This document shows, piece after piece, positions 59,761-64,000 of a stretch of 64,000 nucleotides of DNA (the stretch's first letter is position 1; each line of letters begins with the position of its first letter). Location: the NCBI RefSeq assembly GCF_003018255.1, contig NZ_CP027440.1. One strand, 5' to 3'. The translations under genes were made by a program, and so were the position numbers. Origin of the DNA: Escherichia coli. Its GTDB lineage: Bacteria > Pseudomonadota > Gammaproteobacteria > Enterobacterales > Enterobacteriaceae. The notes under the pieces were generated by a model, which searched no databases, was not told the origin of the DNA, and saw only the letters and a program-made list of their open reading frames with translations.

Positions 59761-59799
59761 CTTTAAAAACTGCCCCTGACACTAAGACAGTTTTTAAAG
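59761..59799 (+). other. Perfect 12-bp-stem hairpin in the sdhB-sucA spacer
   Basis: CTTTAAAAACTG-cccctgacactaaga-CAGTTTTTAAAG; two further inverted repeats follow before the sucA start codon. Confidence 0.5.
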
Positions 59800-59917
59800 G
59801 TTCCTTCGCGAGCCACTACGTAGACAAGAGCTCGCAAGTGAACCCCGGCACGCACATCACTGTGCGTGGTAGTATCCACGGCGAAGTAAGCATAAAAAAG
59901 ATGCTTAAGGGATCACG

Positions 59918-62719
59918 ATGCAGAACAGCGCTTTGAAAGCCTGGTTGGACTCTTCTTACCTCTCTGGCGCAAACCAGAGCTGGATAGAACAGCTCTATGA
60001 AGACTTCTTAACCGATCCTGACTCGGTTGACGCTAACTGGCGTTCGACGTTCCAGCAGTTACCTGGTACGGGAGTCAAACCGGATCAATTCCACTCTCAA
60101 ACGCGTGAATATTTCCGCCGCCTGGCGAAAGACGCTTCACGTTACTCTTCAACGATCTCCGACCCTGACACCAATGTGAAGCAGGTTAAAGTCCTGCAGC
60201 TCATTAACGCATACCGCTTCCGTGGTCACCAGCATGCGAATCTCGATCCGCTGGGACTGTGGCAGCAAGATAAAGTGGCCGATCTGGATCCGTCTTTCCA
60301 CGATCTGACCGAAGCAGACTTCCAGGAGACCTTCAACGTCGGTTCATTTGCCAGCGGCAAAGAAACCATGAAACTCGGCGAGCTGCTGGAAGCCCTCAAG
60401 CAAACCTACTGCGGCCCGATTGGTGCCGAGTATATGCACATTACCAGCACTGAAGAAAAACGCTGGATCCAACAGCGTATCGAGTCTGGTCGCGCGACTT
60501 TCAATAGCGAAGAGAAAAAACGCTTCTTAAGCGAACTGACCGCCGCTGAAGGCCTTGAACGTTACCTCGGCGCAAAATTCCCTGGCGCAAAACGCTTCTC
60601 GCTGGAAGGTGGTGACGCGTTAATCCCGATGCTTAAAGAGATGATCCGCCACGCTGGCAACAGCGGCACCCGCGAAGTGGTTCTCGGGATGGCGCACCGT
60701 GGTCGTCTGAACGTGCTGGTGAACGTGCTGGGTAAAAAACCGCAAGACTTGTTCGACGAGTTTGCCGGTAAACATAAAGAACACCTCGGCACGGGCGACG
60801 TGAAATACCACATGGGCTTCTCGTCTGACTTCCAGACCGATGGCGGCCTGGTGCACCTGGCGCTGGCGTTTAACCCGTCTCACCTTGAGATTGTAAGCCC
60901 GGTCGTTATCGGTTCTGTTCGTGCCCGTCTGGACAGACTTGATGAGCCGAGCAGCAACAAAGTGCTGCCAATCACCATTCATGGTGACGCCGCAGTGACC
61001 GGGCAGGGCGTGGTTCAGGAAACCCTGAACATGTCGAAAGCGCGTGGTTATGAAGTTGGCGGTACGGTACGTATCGTTATCAACAACCAGGTTGGCTTCA
61101 CCACCTCTAACCCGCTGGATGCCCGTTCGACGCCGTACTGTACTGATATCGGCAAGATGGTACAGGCACCGATTTTCCACGTTAATGCGGATGATCCGGA
61201 AGCCGTTGCTTTTGTGACCCGTCTGGCGCTCGATTTCCGTAACACCTTTAAACGTGATGTCTTCATCGACCTGGTGTGCTACCGCCGTCACGGCCACAAC
61301 GAAGCCGACGAGCCGAGCGCAACCCAGCCGCTGATGTATCAGAAAATCAAAAAACATCCGACGCCGCGCAAAATCTATGCTGACAAGCTGGAGCAGGAAA
61401 AAGTCGCGACGCTGGAAGATGCCACCGAGATGGTTAACCTGTACCGCGATGCGCTGGATGCTGGCGATTGCGTTGTAGCAGAGTGGCGTCCGATGAACAT
61501 GCACTCTTTCACCTGGTCGCCGTACCTCAACCACGAATGGGACGAAGAGTACCCGAACAAAGTTGAGATGAAGCGCCTGCAGGAACTGGCTAAACGCATC
61601 AGCACGGTGCCGGAAGCAGTTGAAATGCAGTCTCGCGTTGCCAAGATTTATGGCGATCGCCAGGCGATGGCTGCTGGTGAGAAACTGTTCGACTGGGGCG
61701 GCGCGGAAAACCTCGCTTACGCCACGCTGGTTGATGAAGGCATTCCGGTTCGCCTGTCGGGTGAAGACTCCGGTCGCGGTACCTTCTTCCACCGCCACGC
61801 GGTGATCCACAACCAGTCTAACGGTTCCACTTACACGCCGCTGCAACATATCCATAACGGTCAGGGCGCGTTCCGTGTCTGGGACTCCGTACTGTCAGAA
61901 GAAGCCGTGCTGGCGTTTGAATACGGTTATGCCACCGCAGAACCACGCACTCTGACCATCTGGGAAGCGCAGTTCGGTGACTTCGCCAACGGTGCGCAGG
62001 TGGTTATCGACCAGTTCATCTCCTCTGGCGAACAGAAATGGGGCCGGATGTGTGGCCTGGTGATGTTGCTGCCGCACGGTTACGAAGGGCAGGGGCCGGA
62101 GCACTCCTCCGCGCGTCTGGAACGTTATCTGCAACTTTGCGCTGAGCAAAACATGCAGGTGTGCGTACCTTCTACCCCGGCACAGGTTTACCACATGCTG
62201 CGTCGTCAGGCGTTGCGCGGGATGCGTCGTCCACTGGTCGTGATGTCGCCGAAATCCCTGCTGCGTCATCCGCTGGCGGTATCCAGCCTCGAAGAACTGG
62301 CGAACGGCACCTTCCTGCCAGCCATCGGTGAAATCGACGAGCTTGATCCGAAGGGCGTGAAGCGCGTAGTGATGTGTTCTGGTAAGGTTTATTACGACCT
62401 GCTGGAACAACGTCGTAAGAACAATCAACACGATGTCGCCATTGTGCGTATCGAGCAACTCTACCCGTTCCCGCATAAAGCGATGCAGGAAGTGTTGCAG
62501 CAGTTTGCTCACGTCAAGGATTTTGTCTGGTGCCAGGAAGAGCCGCTCAATCAGGGCGCATGGTACTGCAGCCAGCATCATTTCCGTGAAGTGATTCCGT
62601 TTGGGGCTTCTCTGCGTTATGCAGGCCGCCCGGCCTCCGCCTCTCCGGCGGTAGGGTATATGTCCGTTCACCAGAAACAGCAACAAGATCTGGTTAATGA
62701 CGCGCTGAACGTCGAATAA
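59918..62719 (+). CDS. sucA: 2-oxoglutarate dehydrogenase E1 component
   Basis: 933-aa [51 protein letters not shown]... Confidence 0.97.
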   Translation: MQNSALKAWLDSSYLSGANQSWIEQLYEDFLTDPDSVDANWRSTFQQLPGTGVKPDQFHSQTREYFRRLAKDASRYSSTISDPDTNVKQVKVLQLINAYRFRGHQHANLDPLGLWQQDKVADLDPSFHDLTEADFQETFNVGSFASGKETMKLGELLEALKQTYCGPIGAEYMHITSTEEKRWIQQRIESGRATFNSEEKKRFLSELTAAEGLERYLGAKFPGAKRFSLEGGDALIPMLKEMIRHAGNSGTREVVLGMAHRGRLNVLVNVLGKKPQDLFDEFAGKHKEHLGTGDVKYHMGFSSDFQTDGGLVHLALAFNPSHLEIVSPVVIGSVRARLDRLDEPSSNKVLPITIHGDAAVTGQGVVQETLNMSKARGYEVGGTVRIVINNQVGFTTSNPLDARSTPYCTDIGKMVQAPIFHVNADDPEAVAFVTRLALDFRNTFKRDVFIDLVCYRRHGHNEADEPSATQPLMYQKIKKHPTPRKIYADKLEQEKVATLEDATEMVNLYRDALDAGDCVVAEWRPMNMHSFTWSPYLNHEWDEEYPNKVEMKRLQELAKRISTVPEAVEMQSRVAKIYGDRQAMAAGEKLFDWGGAENLAYATLVDEGIPVRLSGEDSGRGTFFHRHAVIHNQSNGSTYTPLQHIHNGQGAFRVWDSVLSEEAVLAFEYGYATAEPRTLTIWEAQFGDFANGAQVVIDQFISSGEQKWGRMCGLVMLLPHGYEGQGPEHSSARLERYLQLCAEQNMQVCVPSTPAQVYHMLRRQALRGMRRPLVVMSPKSLLRHPLAVSSLEELANGTFLPAIGEIDELDPKGVKRVVMCSGKVYYDLLEQRRKNNQHDVAIVRIEQLYPFPHKAMQEVLQQFAHVKDFVWCQEEPLNQGAWYCSQHHFREVIPFGASLRYAGRPASASPAVGYMSVHQKQQQDLVNDALNVE

Positions 62720-62733
62720 ATAAAGGATACACA

Positions 62734-63951
62734 ATGAGTAGCGTAGATATTCTGGTCCCTGACCTGCCTGAATCCGTAGCCGATGCCACCGTCGCAACCT
62801 GGCATAAAAAACCCGGCGACGCAGTCGTACGTGATGAAGTGCTGGTAGAAATCGAAACTGACAAAGTGGTACTGGAAGTACCGGCATCAGCAGACGGCAT
62901 TCTGGATGCGGTTCTGGAAGATGAAGGTACAACGGTAACGTCTCGTCAGATCCTTGGTCGCCTGCGTGAAGGCAACAGCGCGGGTAAAGAAACCAGCGCC
63001 AAATCTGAAGAGAAAGCGTCCACTCCGGCGCAACGCCAGCAGGCGTCTCTGGAAGAGCAAAACAACGATGCGTTAAGCCCGGCGATCCGTCGCCTGCTGG
63101 CTGAACATAACCTCGACGCCAGCGCCATTAAAGGCACCGGTGTGGGTGGTCGTCTGACCCGTGAAGATGTGGAAAAACATCTGGCGAAAGCCCCGGCGAA
63201 AGAGTCTGCACCGGCAGCGGCTGCTCCGGCGGCGCAACCGGCTCTGGCTGCACGTAGCGAAAAACGTGTCCCGATGACTCGCCTGCGTAAGCGTGTGGCA
63301 GAGCGTCTGCTGGAAGCGAAAAACTCCACCGCCATGCTGACCACGTTCAACGAAGTCAACATGAAGCCGATTATGGATCTGCGTAAGCAGTACGGTGAAG
63401 CGTTTGAAAAACGCCACGGCATCCGTCTGGGCTTTATGTCCTTCTACGTGAAAGCGGTGGTTGAAGCTCTGAAACGTTACCCGGAAGTGAACGCGTCTAT
63501 CGACGGCGATGACGTGGTTTACCACAACTATTTCGACGTCAGCATGGCGGTTTCTACGCCGCGCGGCCTGGTGACGCCGGTACTGCGTGATGTCGATACC
63601 CTCGGTATGGCAGACATTGAGAAGAAAATTAAAGAGCTGGCTGTTAAAGGTCGTGACGGCAAGCTGACGGTTGAAGATCTGACCGGTGGCAACTTCACCA
63701 TCACCAACGGTGGTGTGTTCGGTTCCCTGATGTCTACGCCTATCATCAACCCGCCGCAGAGCGCAATTTTGGGTATGCACGCTATCAAAGATCGTCCGAT
63801 GGCGGTGAATGGTCAGGTTGAGATCCTGCCGATGATGTACCTGGCGCTGTCCTACGATCACCGTCTGATCGATGGTCGCGAATCCGTGGGCTTCCTGGTA
63901 ACGATCAAAGAGTTGCTGGAAGATCCGACGCGTCTGCTGCTGGACGTGTAG
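62734..63951 (+). CDS. sucB: Dihydrolipoyllysine-residue succinyltransferase (2-oxoglutarate dehydrogenase E2)
   Basis: 405-aa [54 protein letters not shown] (lipoyl domain), Ala/Pro-rich linker, C-terminal catalytic domain with DHRLIDG. Confidence 0.97.
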
Positions 63952-64000
63952 TAGTTTAAGTTTCACCTGCACTGTAGACCGACGTGGATAGGGTGTCGGT

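Noticed and set aside
59618-59917. Possibility that the SdhX (RybD) sRNA is encoded in the sdhB-sucA spacer
   Set aside because: As I recall, SdhX derives from the 3' end of sucD at the far end of the operon, outside this window; the structures here are REP units and hairpins.
60620-62932. 411-aa and 345-aa minus-strand ORFs antisense to sucA, and 299-aa antisense to sucB (63073..63972)
   Set aside because: Embedded antisense frames with no start or RBS context; sucA and sucB identities are unambiguous.

Overview
This window reads as a contiguous stretch of Escherichia coli core chromosome, syntenic with the K-12 ybeY-miaB-ubiF / nag / glnS / fur / kdp / rhsC / sdh-suc region but from a non-K-12 strain. 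I found no convincing evidence of a previously undescribed system; the most interesting content is decay of the rhsC toxin locus and a few unexplained inverted repeats. All calls are by eye from the sequence and the six-frame ORF track; no database search or computation was run. Gene order: ybeY (partial), ybeZ, miaB, ubiF, a seven-tRNA operon (glnX-glnV-metU-glnW-glnU-leuW-metT), asnB, umpH, nagC-nagA-nagB, nagE, glnS, chiP-chiQ, fur with its leader uof, fldA, ybfE, ybfF, seqA, pgm, potE-speF with the leader peptide speFL, kdpFABCDE, ybfA, a truncated rhsC, an H-repeat (ISAs1-family) remnant, ybgA-phr, dtpD, ybgI-pxpBCA, nei, abrB, the ybgOPQD chaperone-usher fimbrial operon, gltA, sdhCDAB and sucAB. 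Differences from the K-12 layout as I remember it: pgm abuts potE with only a 56-bp spacer holding one terminator (no ybfP/ybfG-like genes), and the Rhs core ends before its cleavage motif with no toxin tip or immunity gene, abutting an internally deleted H-repeat element. Several track ORF starts were moved to internal ATGs that match the known N-termini; the track evidently treats GTG/TTG as starts.
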